The notes: a model not told the origin generated them from the sequence alone. A stretch of DNA of 64,000 nt from Candidatus Bilamarchaeaceae archaeon (GCA_038851325.1 JAWCKZ010000001.1:64001-128000), one strand, 5' to 3'. Numbered from the stretch's first letter, positions 1 to 11,288 are shown. A program made the numbers and translations.

Positions 1-877
1 GACGAGCTATTCTTTTATCATCCTTTCCCTTCCTTAGGTATAGTCTGTATGTCGAAGCGTGCGCAAGCACATGGCCACCTATTGGTTTAGTTGGATCACC
101 GAATAGCATACCTGGATCGTCCATAACCTGGTTCGTTACATAAACAGCAAGATTATAGGTATCTGCAAGCCTCTGCAGGGTATGCATATGTTTGTTAAGC
201 TTCTGCTGTCTTTCACCAAGCGCTCCTCTACCAGTGTAGTCAGCCCTAAAATGAGAGGTAAGCGAATCAATGATAATAAGTTTAATGTTTTTTTCTTTTA
301 TGAGTTCCTCGGCTTTGTCTATTATAACCATTTGATGGTCACTGCTTTCAGCACGGACTATATATATGTTCTTCAGCACTTGCGCAGGATCCAATCCAGC
401 ACCTTCTGCTATCTGCGCTACTCTCTCTGGCCTAAATGTATGTTCTGTGTCAATAAAAAGAACGCTTCCGCCGAGCCCGCCAGCTCCTTCAGGCTTTTGA
501 ACATTTACTGAAAGTTGAAATGCGAGCTGACTTTTTCCAGAACTAAATCTAGCGTAAGCTTCTGTTATTGCCTGTGTTTCTACACCGCCGCCCAAAAGCT
601 CATCTAGCGCAGAAGAACCTGTTGTTATCTTTCCAACGCCTTTTCTTCTCTCATATACCGCATCTGCGGTCTCAACACCTATATCTATTGCTTCTTTCGC
701 TGCTTCTATAGCTTTTTTTGCCGACTCCACCGACATTCCGGAAAGCTCAGAAAGGTCGTGAGGGCTTGCCGCTGCAATGGCAGAAAAGTTATCAAAACCT
801 GCTGCCCTCAATTTTTCCGCTGTAGCCTCCCCCACACCAGGCAAATCCTCAAGTTCTTTATATATTTTCCTTGCCAT
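1..877 (-). CDS. radA: DNA repair and recombination protein RadA (3' end runs off window)
   Basis: Manual translation from ATG at 877: [23 protein letters not shown]...[24 protein letters not shown]...[28 protein letters not shown]...[17 protein letters not shown]; absent from ORF track because it is open-ended. Confidence 0.96.
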   Translation of the reverse strand, partial: MARKIYKELEDLPGVGEATAEKLRAAGFDNFSAIAAASPHDLSELSGMSVESAKKAIEAAKEAIDIGVETADAVYERRKGVGKITTGSSALDELLGGGVETQAITEAYARFSSGKSQLAFQLSVNVQKPEGAGGLGGSVLFIDTEHTFRPERVAQIAEGAGLDPAQVLKNIYIVRAESSDHQMVIIDKAEELIKEKNIKLIIIDSLTSHFRADYTGRGALGERQQKLNKHMHTLQRLADTYNLAVYVTNQVMDDPGMLFGDPTKPIGGHVLAHASTYRLYLRKGKDDKRIAR

Positions 878-894
878 AGTCACCCTCTCGATGC

Positions 895-1197
895 TCACTT
901 GTTGTTCGGGAACACGAGAAGCTTTAGCTGCCCTATTCTTAAGGTATAGAATTCATTTCCGTTTCTTGATACGCTTTTCCACATGCCACCAACGTTTACA
1001 TAAATCAGGTTTCCATTCCTATCCCTATCAGGCTGCACAACCCTAAAATCAGGTCTCGCACCTGGTTGTCGAGTTGCATCACCACCAACTCCGCTCGGCT
1101 CGCTGCCCATCCCGTTCGACGACACTGATGGCTTGTCGTAAACCTCTTCAAATCCCTCATCAACAAGGTTTATTTCTTCATTCTTCATTTCAGTCAT
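895..1197 (-). CDS. DUF736-like small protein with acidic N-terminus
   Basis: RPDFRVV...[20 protein letters not shown] resembles DUF736 pattern; GAGGTGA RBS upstream; co-oriented directly upstream of radA. Confidence 0.6.
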   Translation of the reverse strand: MTEMKNEEINLVDEGFEEVYDKPSVSSNGMGSEPSGVGGDATRQPGARPDFRVVQPDRDRNGNLIYVNVGGMWKSVSRNGNEFYTLRIGQLKLLVFPNNK

Positions 1198-1220
1198 TTG
1201 CTCACCTCATTATGTATTCA

Positions 1221-1252
1221 TATATATTATGTATACATATACATAATATATA
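1221..1252. promoter_or_regulatory. Perfect 15-bp inverted repeat (candidate operator) upstream of DUF736-like/radA genes
   Basis: TATATATTATGTATA-ca-TATACATAATATATA in a divergent intergenic region. Confidence 0.5.
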
Positions 1253-1353
1253 CTAAGGGCATTAGATATGATAGTTTTAAAAATAAATCGAACGCAGAGA
1301 GTAAAAATAAAAACCTTTTTATTTATTTTCATACACATTCAAAGCAATCTCAT

Positions 1354-2268
1354 ATGGCTGATACTATCGCGCTGAGGGATAAGATGGTTGTTTGCAGCAT
1401 AAAAAAGTATAACGTGGAGGATAAAGAAAAAAGAATAGTTTGCGTAGAGACTTCAAAAAGTATTCATGCTTCTAAAAAATTGAAAGGAACTATCTTTGAT
1501 CCTCAAAATGAAGAAATAATATACAAGATAGCAGAGCCTCTAAAAGAAATAGAGAACAATGCAGACCGGCTGCGGTATATTTATGAAATTTTTAATAACA
1601 AAAAAGAAAGCATAAAAAGTATTCTTTGCATAGGGTTGTTGAAAAACTGTTACTTTGAGGCTTCGTTTGATGAAAACCCGTTAACAGTAGCAGACATTAT
1701 AGAAGAGGACATCATAGAAGAGGATCAAAAAGGAATAATTTTACTGGGAAATGGTGTCGAGGTTATACTCATAAGCATAAGTGCTCTTAGGCTTGCCGAT
1801 ATACCCGCCTCTCCTGCTGTGATCTCACTGACAACGCCCTTTCGCAGCGAAATCATGTCCATGTTTTCTCTTGCAGTAATTGAAAAGAACCGCGCTTTTA
1901 TCTCACTCCCTTACTCCGAAGTTGATATAGAACCACAAACATCGATAGAAAAACTTGAAATACTTAATGACAACGAAGCAAAAGGATTGATAGATCTCGC
2001 TATAGCCAATGACATGCTAAACAGAATGGTAAGCAAAGCAAATATAGCAGAGGAGAACAACAAAAATCTAATCGAGATGATTGGAAAAGAGACCGTCCAG
2101 TTTATTTTTGCTGCTACTTTTTTAGATAAACACTGGAAAAACAATCCATATCGTAGATGTTTGCTCGAATGTTTAGAGGAGTACTTAAAAAGGAATTTCG
2201 GCGAGACCAGAGGGGCTGAGATGGCAAAAGACGTTGAGAAGCTGATCAAAAATCTTAGAAAAACTTAA
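1354..2268 (+). CDS. Hypothetical protein
   Basis: Long ORF; probable start MADTIALRDK at 1354; no motif recognised. Confidence 0.7.
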   Translation: MADTIALRDKMVVCSIKKYNVEDKEKRIVCVETSKSIHASKKLKGTIFDPQNEEIIYKIAEPLKEIENNADRLRYIYEIFNNKKESIKSILCIGLLKNCYFEASFDENPLTVADIIEEDIIEEDQKGIILLGNGVEVILISISALRLADIPASPAVISLTTPFRSEIMSMFSLAVIEKNRAFISLPYSEVDIEPQTSIEKLEILNDNEAKGLIDLAIANDMLNRMVSKANIAEENNKNLIEMIGKETVQFIFAATFLDKHWKNNPYRRCLLECLEEYLKRNFGETRGAEMAKDVEKLIKNLRKT

Positions 2269-2270
2269 AT

Positions 2271-2344
2271 CGGGCCCGACGCGATTTGAACGCGTACCCC
2301 AAGGTCCGAAGCCTTGTCGGCTATCCAGGTTACCACACGGGCCC
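2271..2344 (-). tRNA. tRNA-Arg(TCG), intronless
   Basis: Reverse complement GGGCCCG...CAAGG-CTTCGGA-CCTTG...GTTCAAATC...CGGGCCCG forms a cloverleaf. Confidence 0.95.
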
Positions 2345-2612
2345 TTTTTATGTATTCCTCCTGTTTTCTTAAGTTTCTTTCTGTTTTCTCTGTTTTCTAA
2401 ATGTTTTCTATGTGCCGTGGGCTTATGTTTTTCTCAGGCCACGGCGGTCGTGGAGGTTTTCTTACTATTTAGGTTTTCTTACTGGTTTTTTAAGTTTCTT
2501 TCTGTTTTCTCTGCTTTCTAAATGTTTTCAAGGTGCCGCAGGCTTGCTGTTTCTCTCAGGCTGCGGCGGTCGTGGAGGTTTTCTTACTGGTTCTTTAAGT
2601 TTTTTTCTGTTT
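2345..2612 (-). repeat. ~121-bp hairpin/A-rich repeat, 2 tandem units, in 5' flank of tRNA-Arg(TCG)
   Basis: Hairpins GCCGTGG/CCACGGC (2414-2445) and GCCGCAG/CTGCGGC (2535-2567), 121 bp apart; homologous to 16368-16485 and 17671-17882. Confidence 0.9.
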
Positions 2613-2687
2613 TCGCTATCTTTCTCATTGTGTTATATTTAAAAACGATCGCTGAAAAGTTATTTAGGATAGGCAGGGGGTGAAAGA

Positions 2688-3449
2688 ATGAAAGTGAAGG
2701 AATATATAGAAACAGAGATAGAAAAAAAGGGTGCGCTTTTCTTTGCGCTCATAGACCCTCTTGATTACAATAGCCTTGAAAATGCTGTAAAAACAGCAAG
2801 GGATGCTGATGAGGCAGACGCAGACTTAATACTCGTTGGAGGAAGTACCGGCGTACAGGGCGTAATATTGGATGAGATAACAAAAAGGATAAAGGAAAAT
2901 GTTTCCAAACCTGTTGTTCTTTTCCCCGGCAACATAGGAACACTCACAAAGTACGCGGATGGTGTTTATTTTATGTCGATGTTGAACTCTCGCAATCCTT
3001 ATTGGATAAGCGAAGCACAAATGCTGGCAGCACCTGTTGTTAAGAGATACGGAATAGAACCGCTTTCAGTAGGATATGTAGTTGTAGAGCCCGGAGGGAC
3101 TGTAGGGTGGGTTGGCGATTCTCGTCTTATACCTAGAAATAGACCAAAACTTGCTGCAGCTTACGCACTTGCTGCAGAATACATGGGATTTGACTTTTTC
3201 ATAACAGATGCTGGAAGTAATCCTGCTGAAGGACCAATACCGGTTGAGATGGTAAAAGCTGTTGCTTCTGCAATAAACATAAATTACATCGTTGCCGGTG
3301 GAATAAGAAAACCAGAAGAGGCAAGACGCATCGCAGAAGCAGGTGCAGATGCGATTCAAGTAGGAACTTATCTTGAGAAGGAGACCGAAAAGGGTAAGAT
3401 AGAGGCTATGATAAAGGCGCTAAGAGAAGGAGCAAAATCAAGAGTGTAA
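2688..3449 (+). CDS. Geranylgeranylglyceryl phosphate synthase (PcrB family)
   Basis: LIDP, VGGSTG, PVVLFPG, SMLNSRNPYW, GGIR motifs. Confidence 0.93.
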   Translation: MKVKEYIETEIEKKGALFFALIDPLDYNSLENAVKTARDADEADADLILVGGSTGVQGVILDEITKRIKENVSKPVVLFPGNIGTLTKYADGVYFMSMLNSRNPYWISEAQMLAAPVVKRYGIEPLSVGYVVVEPGGTVGWVGDSRLIPRNRPKLAAAYALAAEYMGFDFFITDAGSNPAEGPIPVEMVKAVASAININYIVAGGIRKPEEARRIAEAGADAIQVGTYLEKETEKGKIEAMIKALREGAKSRV

Positions 3450-3494
3450 TAAAATTTGAAAAAATAAGAAGATAGGAAAAATTCGAGAAAGAAG

Positions 3495-5165
3495 CTAATC
3501 CATTTCCATCCCGCCGCCCATTCCGCCCGCACCGCCGGCTCCGCCTGGTCCGCTAGAAGGCGCTCCGCTCTTTCCCTTAGAACTTATTATATCATCTATT
3601 CTCAACATAAGTCTTGCAGTTTCTGTAGCTGAGCTTATTGCTTGCTTTTTAACGCGTGCTGGCTCAAGCACTCCAAGCTTTTCCATATCGTCAACCTTAC
3701 CACGTAAAACATCAACACCATAGGTCATTCCATCTTTGCTTCCCTTGTGCTTATTCCTGAGAGTTACTATGCAGTCTATTGCGTCCATTCCTGCGTTTTC
3801 CGCAAGTGCTTTCGGGATAGACTCCAGCGCCTCTGCAAAGGCTTGAATCGCAAGTTGTTCTCTCCCTCCTATCTTCACAGCATACTCTTGAAGGGCTGCG
3901 CTAATAGCCATTTCTGCGCTCCCACCACCAACAACATACTTTCCGTACTCTATCGCGGCCCCCACAGCGCCAATCGCGTCCTTTACAGCACGCTCAACTT
4001 CACTTACAACATGTTCTGTCCCGCCACGCACAAAGATAGAAACGCTCTTTGGATCCTTGCATTCACGGACGAATACCATTGCTTCTCCCGCGATTTTTTT
4101 CTCTTCGACAAGTCCAGCGTATCCAAGGTCGGCCTCGCTTAAGTCATCAAGACTGGATGCTATCTTTCCACCTGTAGCGCGTGCTAGCTTTTCCATATCG
4201 CTCTTCTTCACACGTCTTACAGCCATTATTTTCGCCTTTGCAAGATAGTGCTGCGCGAGATCGTCTATTCCTTTCTGACAGAAAACAACGTTCGCTCCGG
4301 ATTTCTGTATCTTATCGACCATCTCCTTTAGCATTTTTTCCTCCTGCTTTAGGAAAGACTCCATCTGTTCGGGCGATGTTATCTCTATCTTCGCATCTGT
4401 TTCAGTCTTCTCAACCTCAAGAGCAGCATCAAGGAGCGCTATCTTTGCATTCTTTACTGTTTTCGGCATTCCGGCATGCACCACCTCTTTATCGACAACG
4501 ATACCATTAATCAGTTCTGTATCGAGCACTGCCCCGCCTGCCTTTTTCTCTATTTGTACAAAATCAGAATCAACAACATATTTACCATTTTTCTTTTGTG
4601 CAACCTGCTTTAGAGCTGTAACAACAATGCTCGCTATCTTCTTCTTTTCCTCTTCGCTTCCTATCCCCTTTGAGCCCATGGAGATAAGCGCTATTTTCTG
4701 GAGTGTTTCTGCATCATCTGGCGTAACATTTTTGCTTATCCTATCGAGCACATTGCATGCCTCGCGTTCTGCTAATTCATAACCTTTTATGATAGTAGTG
4801 GGATGGATACCTTGCTCCAGGAGCATACCTGCATTCTTTAAAAGGTTTCCTCCGATAACAACCGATGTAGTCGTGCCATCTCCGACCTCCTTGTCCTGTG
4901 TTTTAGCAACTTCAACCATAAGTTTGGCAGCCGGATGGTCTACATTCATCTCCTCGAGAATGGTGGCACCATCGTTAGTTATTACAATGTCGCCCAGGTC
5001 GCTCACAAGCATTTTGTCCATACCTTTTGGGCCCAGGGTCGTTTTTACTATGTTCGCCACTGCATAGCCAATGGCGATATTTATTCTCATCGCGTCCCTA
5101 CCCAAAATCCTTTGCGCCCCTTCTGGGAGCACATAGACTTGCTCTCCACCAACCTGTTTAGCCAT
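3495..5165 (-). CDS. ths: Thermosome subunit (group II chaperonin)
   Basis: [24 protein letters not shown] motifs; GGM-rich tail. Confidence 0.97.
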   Translation of the reverse strand: MAKQVGGEQVYVLPEGAQRILGRDAMRINIAIGYAVANIVKTTLGPKGMDKMLVSDLGDIVITNDGATILEEMNVDHPAAKLMVEVAKTQDKEVGDGTTTSVVIGGNLLKNAGMLLEQGIHPTTIIKGYELAEREACNVLDRISKNVTPDDAETLQKIALISMGSKGIGSEEEKKKIASIVVTALKQVAQKKNGKYVVDSDFVQIEKKAGGAVLDTELINGIVVDKEVVHAGMPKTVKNAKIALLDAALEVEKTETDAKIEITSPEQMESFLKQEEKMLKEMVDKIQKSGANVVFCQKGIDDLAQHYLAKAKIMAVRRVKKSDMEKLARATGGKIASSLDDLSEADLGYAGLVEEKKIAGEAMVFVRECKDPKSVSIFVRGGTEHVVSEVERAVKDAIGAVGAAIEYGKYVVGGGSAEMAISAALQEYAVKIGGREQLAIQAFAEALESIPKALAENAGMDAIDCIVTLRNKHKGSKDGMTYGVDVLRGKVDDMEKLGVLEPARVKKQAISSATETARLMLRIDDIISSKGKSGAPSSGPGGAGGAGGMGGGMEMD

Positions 5166-5400
5166 ATTCTCACCTTTTTCAACATTTGCTTTAGCATTTT
5201 TGAACAGCGCGATTCAATAAGACTCAAACTCGGCTTTAAGTCTAAAAATTGGCGTAAATATTTTACTAAAAAAATTTTTAAATCTTTATTTTAGTCGTTC
5301 TCGAGCCTGCCGCAAATTAGGGAAAAACTTTTAATTCGCAACACCCTACGTTCTCGTATATTATCACTCCGCGCATATCGCCAAAAGAAGAGCATAGTCC

Positions 5401-6063
5401 TCAGATAAAACTAGAACCGAATAAATGACCTACCTTGCATCTTTTCCTTCTTGCCTCCCGTCCGAGCCGCATAAGGGCGGTCTCAAAATTTACAAAATCA
5501 TACCCTGGAATTCTATGCTCAGTCCAGAACTCCTTCGCATTCCTTATCCCAAGTTCTTTTGCAGCTGCTGTTGCAAGATGCCCAAGCGAAGGATTGGCCT
5601 TTTTCCACACGCCACGAAGATCACGGAGAAAGATGGTAGTGGTGGTTGGACCAATGCCACGAAATTCCTGCAATCTCTTTTCAAGATCCTTGCTATCCTT
5701 AGCCAGTTTATGTAACCTGTTCAGACTTCCGCGGTATTTATCACCGAGAAGTTTCATACAGGAAATCAAATCGTCTGCGGTGCTAAAATCATAGCGCACG
5801 TAGCCGCCCGCATCAAGCGCGTCCACAAGCTCATTCCAATTTGCTCTCTTCATACGCTCAAATGAGAGAAGGCCGCGCCTGGCGAATTCCTTATAGGTGT
5901 TCAATACTATGGTTTCTGTTATTCTTGCGCCAAAAAGGATGGATGCAATAAACCATTTAAACAGTTCGCTGTCTTTTTTGCTTTTCAATTTTATTCCAAG
6001 AATGTCAGAATATTTTTCACCATACCTTTGAAGGATGCCCTTAAGATTAAACTTCCGCTTCAC
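5401..6063 (-). CDS. HhH-GPD/endonuclease III-like helix-hairpin-helix protein
   Basis: LFKWFIASILFGARI, GYVRYD and HhH motif FRGIGPTT. Confidence 0.7.
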   Translation of the reverse strand: MKRKFNLKGILQRYGEKYSDILGIKLKSKKDSELFKWFIASILFGARITETIVLNTYKEFARRGLLSFERMKRANWNELVDALDAGGYVRYDFSTADDLISCMKLLGDKYRGSLNRLHKLAKDSKDLEKRLQEFRGIGPTTTTIFLRDLRGVWKKANPSLGHLATAAAKELGIRNAKEFWTEHRIPGYDFVNFETALMRLGREARRKRCKVGHLFGSSFI

Positions 6064-6971
6064 CTTGTCAGCACCTCATTTCCATCAGAGGTTATAAGCA
6101 CTGTATGCTCTGCCTGAGCAACAATTCCACCGCCAGCTTCCTTCAAAACAGGATACCCCTTCAAAATTTTGCCTTCCAGCATCTCCTTAAGTGCAGCGTT
6201 AACAAGAAGTTTTGATGAAAACGCACGGATAACCCACCGCTCTGCAAACGGCAAGACTCCATATTCTGTTAGAATATACTCAAAAATCTTTTTCGATTGT
6301 CTCATTTTCACAGCCCCAACATCATAGAAGCTGAATATGTTAACTTCATCAGTATCTATAACATAGCCTGCCCCAGTGGTCAAAAAAGGTTCTACTGCGA
6401 AGATGTCACCCTCCTTAAGTACGTAGTCGTCGTCTGTCCTCAAATTTGGGACATCAACACCAGCATGAAGTATACCTGTCTTTATCTTATGCCCACTAAG
6501 GTTGCTTATTGTTTTATATCCGTGCTTTTTTGCTGTTTCCTCTATCACGCCACCTATTTCACCAACTTTTTTGTCAGGCTTCATCTCTTTAATCGCATTT
6601 TCAAGGGCGTCCTCTGTTGCTTTTATAAGCTGACCACTCTTTCCGCTTAGGTCTATGGTATACGCTGTATCACCTATAGCTCCGTTCAATGCTACCCCTA
6701 TATCAACCTTCACAACCATGTTTTCATCTATCGTTCTTGTATCGTTTATTGTCGGCGTAAAATGCGCAGCAATGTCATTCACTGAAATGTTCACAGGAAA
6801 GGCAGGTTTTGCTCCCTCTGCCACTATCATTTGCTCTATGGTCTCAGCTATATCAAGAAGCGGTTCATCAACCATGATAAGTCTTTTGCTCTCCTCACGT
6901 ATCTTTGCAGCAAGCCTACCAACTGTTCTAAAATCGTCAACATCATCCACTACATCAAATGCGTATTCCAT
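6060..6971 (-). CDS. map: Methionine aminopeptidase type II
   Basis: AFPVNISVNDIAAHFTP, KVDIG, DTAYT, GH, AVEPF, AQAEHT. Confidence 0.95.
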   Translation of the reverse strand: MEYAFDVVDDVDDFRTVGRLAAKIREESKRLIMVDEPLLDIAETIEQMIVAEGAKPAFPVNISVNDIAAHFTPTINDTRTIDENMVVKVDIGVALNGAIGDTAYTIDLSGKSGQLIKATEDALENAIKEMKPDKKVGEIGGVIEETAKKHGYKTISNLSGHKIKTGILHAGVDVPNLRTDDDYVLKEGDIFAVEPFLTTGAGYVIDTDEVNIFSFYDVGAVKMRQSKKIFEYILTEYGVLPFAERWVIRAFSSKLLVNAALKEMLEGKILKGYPVLKEAGGGIVAQAEHTVLITSDGNEVLTR

Positions 6972-6994
6972 GTGATGATTTTTGTCAATTGCAT

Positions 6995-8353
6995 TTAAAA
7001 TTGTTCATTTTCAAGTGAGGCCATGTCAGCGATAACAATATCAGCAAACGCTCTGTCAAAATCGCTAACATTTCTATTTTCTTTTATTGTTTCCATTTCC
7101 TTTACAAGTTCGTAAAGCGCATTCCTTGCAGCCTCCGAACCACCCCTGCATAGCATAAGAAGGACTTTATACCCACATATCTGCTTTGTGGTATCTTGAT
7201 CGTCTAAGAACTCCTTTGCTGTATTTATGAGCTTATTCTCAAGATTCTTAGCGTTCTCTTCGGAAAGCGTTGTGAAGTTTAAGAAGCTTCTTGTTATGGC
7301 TGACATCTGGAGACGCAGATTATTGAACAATGTTTTTAAGTTGTGTAAAATTTTAGATACCCTTTCTCTATCAGCATCGTCTTTTTTTAAGAGGGCGTCT
7401 AGTTTCTGCGCGATCTGTTTAAGCATCGTCGTAGCCATGTTATACATAACAGTGCTTTCTATATCAACAAGAGACGAAAGTACGCTTTCTGTGGGTCCGT
7501 TTACTATATTGTCATTTAATAATAATTTTAGTTCCACACGCAGGTATGACTTCTGATGTAACCGTAAACCATTTTCTATAATGGATAGCGCTGTGTCTCT
7601 TGTTTTAGGATCATCAAGTGATTTTAGCAAAATTTTGGAAAGCCCAAAAGGCATACCATGCTCGCAAAAAGATTTGAGTATATTTTCTCTTGTTTCCGCT
7701 GGAAGCCGATCAAAATTTTCTGCCACCCACCTACCCGGGAGCGAACCACGATATAATCTGTTCGCTAGAAAAGACGCGCCGCGTTTTAACACCTCGTCTC
7801 CACCTTCTGTTTCCATTAGTTTTTCTAATACGAATGTCACTATCTGATCATCATAATGATCAAGAAGTTCTTCCCAGAATTCGGCGCGATAATAGTTACA
7901 GTGCCACAATGCCTTAACAGCATTTCTTGCGTTTACTATCGCTTTTTCATTCTTTGGATTGTAGTTTTCAACAACCTCAATTAAAGAGGTAGTTAGTTTT
8001 TTATCAAACTCAAAATCTTCCCATCCTTCTGCTTTACTGATATTCAGGACAAGCTTTATCAGAGAGTCACACAGCTCTAGGTCTCCATAATACCTTGAAT
8101 TTGTCCTTTTTATATCTTGAGCGAGGCTCTTCTCTCTAAACTTTTTCCTCTCATCATTTGTGCACGCCATGTATGCTTCTTGTAGTTTGTTGATTGCCTC
8201 CTGACCATGCTTGTACTTTTTATATAATCTTCTGAGCTCTCTCTTTCTTTTCCATTTTTCTAACAGTAATCGGATTGCATTTTTTCCTGTTTTGACCTTA
8301 TTCTCACTGCCAATGCGATCGACTGTATCATTATCCACTGTACTATTAATCAT
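6995..8353 (-). CDS. Hypothetical helical protein
   Basis: 452-aa ORF, Leu/Glu/Lys-rich, no motif recognised. Confidence 0.7.
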   Translation of the reverse strand: MINSTVDNDTVDRIGSENKVKTGKNAIRLLLEKWKRKRELRRLYKKYKHGQEAINKLQEAYMACTNDERKKFREKSLAQDIKRTNSRYYGDLELCDSLIKLVLNISKAEGWEDFEFDKKLTTSLIEVVENYNPKNEKAIVNARNAVKALWHCNYYRAEFWEELLDHYDDQIVTFVLEKLMETEGGDEVLKRGASFLANRLYRGSLPGRWVAENFDRLPAETRENILKSFCEHGMPFGLSKILLKSLDDPKTRDTALSIIENGLRLHQKSYLRVELKLLLNDNIVNGPTESVLSSLVDIESTVMYNMATTMLKQIAQKLDALLKKDDADRERVSKILHNLKTLFNNLRLQMSAITRSFLNFTTLSEENAKNLENKLINTAKEFLDDQDTTKQICGYKVLLMLCRGGSEAARNALYELVKEMETIKENRNVSDFDRAFADIVIADMASLENEQF

Positions 8354-8379
8354 AAATAAATAATACTAAGAAACATTTT

Positions 8380-9447
8380 TTAAATGTTGTTTTTTATAAA
8401 TATTAGTGGAATTTTTGGAAAGAGAGCTAATCTAAAAATTATACGACTTATGATGTCCATATCGCCGTTTTTTTCAAGAAACTCCTCAAAGCCATTTTCT
8501 GCGAGTTCTCTTCCAAGAGCAGTAAGCCTGTCATCGTTAAGCCTGTTAAGCAACCTCCGCGCTATCATGTGAAGAAAAAGCTCTCTTTCATATTTTGCTC
8601 GCCATTTGAACTCGTAGTGAAACGGATTTGTGGACACGCCGGCAATCGAAGCGCACCACGCACCGAATATGACTCCACCACCGGTCGTAGCCTTTGTCTG
8701 TCCTGCTGCATCCCCAACAAGAAAAACCGACCTGCCATTAACTCTTTTCGCACTTTCTGCTCTTGTTCTGACAGGGATCACGTATCCACGAACATTTCTT
8801 ACATCACGTACGTGGATTCTTCTCTTCAGCTTTTCAAATGCTAAATCAACATTACCTGGAAGTTCAATACCGCAACCTATCTCGAAACTACCGCTCCCAC
8901 GTGGTATAACCCAACCGAAAAATCCTTTGAAATCAGAAGAAAGAAAAACTTTGACGATATCCTTATCCCAGTCCGCGTTCACGTTCCCCTGTAGTGTTGC
9001 AACAAACTTCGTAAGCGGTGTAAATCCAAAGAATGATGCAACAGACGAAAAGACACCGTCAGCGCCTATTATACGATTTGCACAAAACTTTTTTGTGATT
9101 CTTTCGCCGTATCTTATTTTCACGCCTTCGCGCTCTGCGGAGCATGCAAGCAGTTTATCAAATTCGCTACGGTTGCATGCATACGCGATCGGGCCTCTTT
9201 TTTTAACAGTAAGAACAGAGTTACCAAGATGAAGCTCAGCTCCGTATATCTCTTTCTCGACTGCTTCCTTCCAATCAAGATAATCCCTAAGTGTTTCCAA
9301 CCCAGACTTAGAAAATAATCCAGAGCATGGCTTCCCACCGGTTGCTGGGTGCTCTTCGCTGACAAGCACATTGTAGCCTGCGCGTGCTGCTGAAATAGCC
9401 GCCACACAACCAGCCGGTCCAGCCCCAATAATGTGAACATCAAACAC
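8380..9447 (-). CDS. Geranylgeranyl reductase family FAD-dependent oxidoreductase
   Basis: GAGPAG, KPCSG, RSEFD, GADG, GWVIP, LVGDAAGQTKATTGGG. Confidence 0.9.
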   Translation of the reverse strand: MFDVHIIGAGPAGCVAAISAARAGYNVLVSEEHPATGGKPCSGLFSKSGLETLRDYLDWKEAVEKEIYGAELHLGNSVLTVKKRGPIAYACNRSEFDKLLACSAEREGVKIRYGERITKKFCANRIIGADGVFSSVASFFGFTPLTKFVATLQGNVNADWDKDIVKVFLSSDFKGFFGWVIPRGSGSFEIGCGIELPGNVDLAFEKLKRRIHVRDVRNVRGYVIPVRTRAESAKRVNGRSVFLVGDAAGQTKATTGGGVIFGAWCASIAGVSTNPFHYEFKWRAKYERELFLHMIARRLLNRLNDDRLTALGRELAENGFEEFLEKNGDMDIISRIIFRLALFPKIPLIFIKNNI

Positions 9448-9497
9448 AGAACAATTACTGAAAGAAGATTTAAAATCTCTGCTTGCCCAATGAGCTC

Positions 9498-10625
9498 ATG
9501 ATGAAGGTAACGCCTTGGGAAGTTGAAGGAATCATAGATTACAATAGGCTCATAAAAGAATTCGGAACAAAGGAGATCGATGATGCCTTGCGGTCCAGGC
9601 TTGAGAAAGCAGCTGGCGAGAGTCATGTAATGCTAAGAAGAGGGTTCATATTTTCACATCGCGATCTTGAGCTTGTCCTTGACGACTACGAGAAAGGAAA
9701 GGGTTTTTTTCTCTATACTGGAAGAGGACCGAGTGGTCCGATGCACATAGGTCATCTTCTTCCTCTCATTTTCACAAAATGGCTCCAGGAGCGCTTCGAT
9801 GTAAATCTCTATATAGAGATAACAGATGATGAAAAATTTCTCTTCAAAAGAGAGTTAAGCTGGGAAGACGTTAGCCGCTACTCAGAGGAAAACATCTTAG
9901 ATATTGCGGCTGTTGGTTTTAACCCAGATAAAACATTCATATTCAAAGATAGTGAGTACATCGGTCACTGCTACCCGCTACTGATGAAGATTGCGAAAAA
10001 GATAACATTCTCAACAGCAAAGGCAGTTTTTGGTTTTACAAATGAAACGAACGTTGGCGCAATATTCTACCCAGCGTATCAGATAGTCCCGACGTTTTTT
10101 GAAAAAAAACGTTGTCTCATACCAAACGCGATAGACCAAGATCCATATTGGAGGATACAGCGTGATATAGCAGAAAGTCTGGGCTACCTTAAGGCATCCG
10201 CAATCCACTCAAAGTTTATACCGCCTCTTCAAGGGGTAACTGGAAAGATGAGTTCAAGCGTTGCAGACACGGCGATTTGGTTGAGTGATGATGAAAAAAA
10301 AGTGAGCGAGAAGATAATGAAGTATGCTTTTTCAGGCGGCCAGCCAACAATTGCAGAACACAGGAAAAAAGGGGGCAAACCAGAGATTGATGTTTCGTTT
10401 CAATGGTTGAAAATTCTTTTTGAGCCTGACGATAAAAAGTTGAACACGATCGAGCAGGACTATCGCTCCGGAAAGCTTCTTACAGGAGAATTAAAGAAAA
10501 TACTAATAGATAAAATAAACGAATTTCTGATGGAACATAGAAGAAGAAGGGAAAAGGTAGATGTAGAGAGATATACAAGAAAGGGGAGGTTAGCGCAGAA
10601 AATGTGGAGCGCATATTATTCGTGA
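9498..10625 (+). CDS. trpS: Tryptophanyl-tRNA synthetase
   Basis: VTPWEV, YTGRGPSGPMHIGH, DQDPYWR, KMSSS. Confidence 0.97.
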   Translation: MMKVTPWEVEGIIDYNRLIKEFGTKEIDDALRSRLEKAAGESHVMLRRGFIFSHRDLELVLDDYEKGKGFFLYTGRGPSGPMHIGHLLPLIFTKWLQERFDVNLYIEITDDEKFLFKRELSWEDVSRYSEENILDIAAVGFNPDKTFIFKDSEYIGHCYPLLMKIAKKITFSTAKAVFGFTNETNVGAIFYPAYQIVPTFFEKKRCLIPNAIDQDPYWRIQRDIAESLGYLKASAIHSKFIPPLQGVTGKMSSSVADTAIWLSDDEKKVSEKIMKYAFSGGQPTIAEHRKKGGKPEIDVSFQWLKILFEPDDKKLNTIEQDYRSGKLLTGELKKILIDKINEFLMEHRRRREKVDVERYTRKGRLAQKMWSAYYS

Positions 10626-11272
10626 TGGATATCCACCTTTGGCACTTTCTTATCCTCTTCACCCACTCTGAAATACTCGGCTTCTTTCATCCCCATTAGC
10701 AAAGCGAGTATAAAATCAGGGAAGACGTGAATACGTGTATTATAAAGATAGACTGTATCATTGTAGAATTCTCTTCTGTCTGCTATTTGATTTTCTATGG
10801 CGACAAGTTGATTTTGAAGCTGCATAAAGTTTTCGCTTGCGCGTAGTTTTGGGTAATTTTCGGCCACGGCGAATATAGTCTTAAGCGCTTCGCTTATCTC
10901 CTCACTTGCTTTCGCCTTTTCCTTTAGTCCCTTCGCTACCAGCATTGCAGCACGAAGTTCTGTTATTTTAGAGAGAACACTGCGCTCGTGCTTCATATAT
11001 CCCTCGACAGCCGCAACGAGGTTTGGCACAAGATCGTTCCTCTGTTTAAGAAGTACATCTATGTTTGCCCATGCCTTGCTTACCTGATTCCTTAATGATA
11101 TCAGGCCGTTTATGATTGATATAGTATACACAATAAACAGCACTGCAAAAATGACAACCGCAAACCCCAAACAGCCCAAGCAGATGCTACCAACAGCGGA
11201 CGGAGGTATCGTATACTGCTGCGCCACCATCAAACAGCGCCAGTAAGGAGAGTTATCGACAATGCCAAACAT
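10616..11272 (-). CDS. lemA: LemA family protein
   Basis: N-terminal TM, AWANIDVLLKQRNDLVPNLV, AENYPKLRA, RREFYN. Confidence 0.93.
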   Translation of the reverse strand: MFGIVDNSPYWRCLMVAQQYTIPPSAVGSICLGCLGFAVVIFAVLFIVYTISIINGLISLRNQVSKAWANIDVLLKQRNDLVPNLVAAVEGYMKHERSVLSKITELRAAMLVAKGLKEKAKASEEISEALKTIFAVAENYPKLRASENFMQLQNQLVAIENQIADRREFYNDTVYLYNTRIHVFPDFILALLMGMKEAEYFRVGEEDKKVPKVDIHHE

Positions 11273-11288
11273 TTTAAAACCTCCTTTT

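Noticed and set aside
525..560. RadA Walker A begins with Ala (ARFSSGKS)
   Set aside because: Falls within the accepted [AG]xxxxGK[ST] consensus
182..1046. Plus-strand ORFs over the radA region
   Set aside because: Antisense shadows of radA and the upstream gene
2412..2642. 76-aa ORF (also 16151-16396, 16227-16490, 16325-16582, 56087-56350)
   Set aside because: These are translations of non-coding repeats or RNA genes with low-complexity composition
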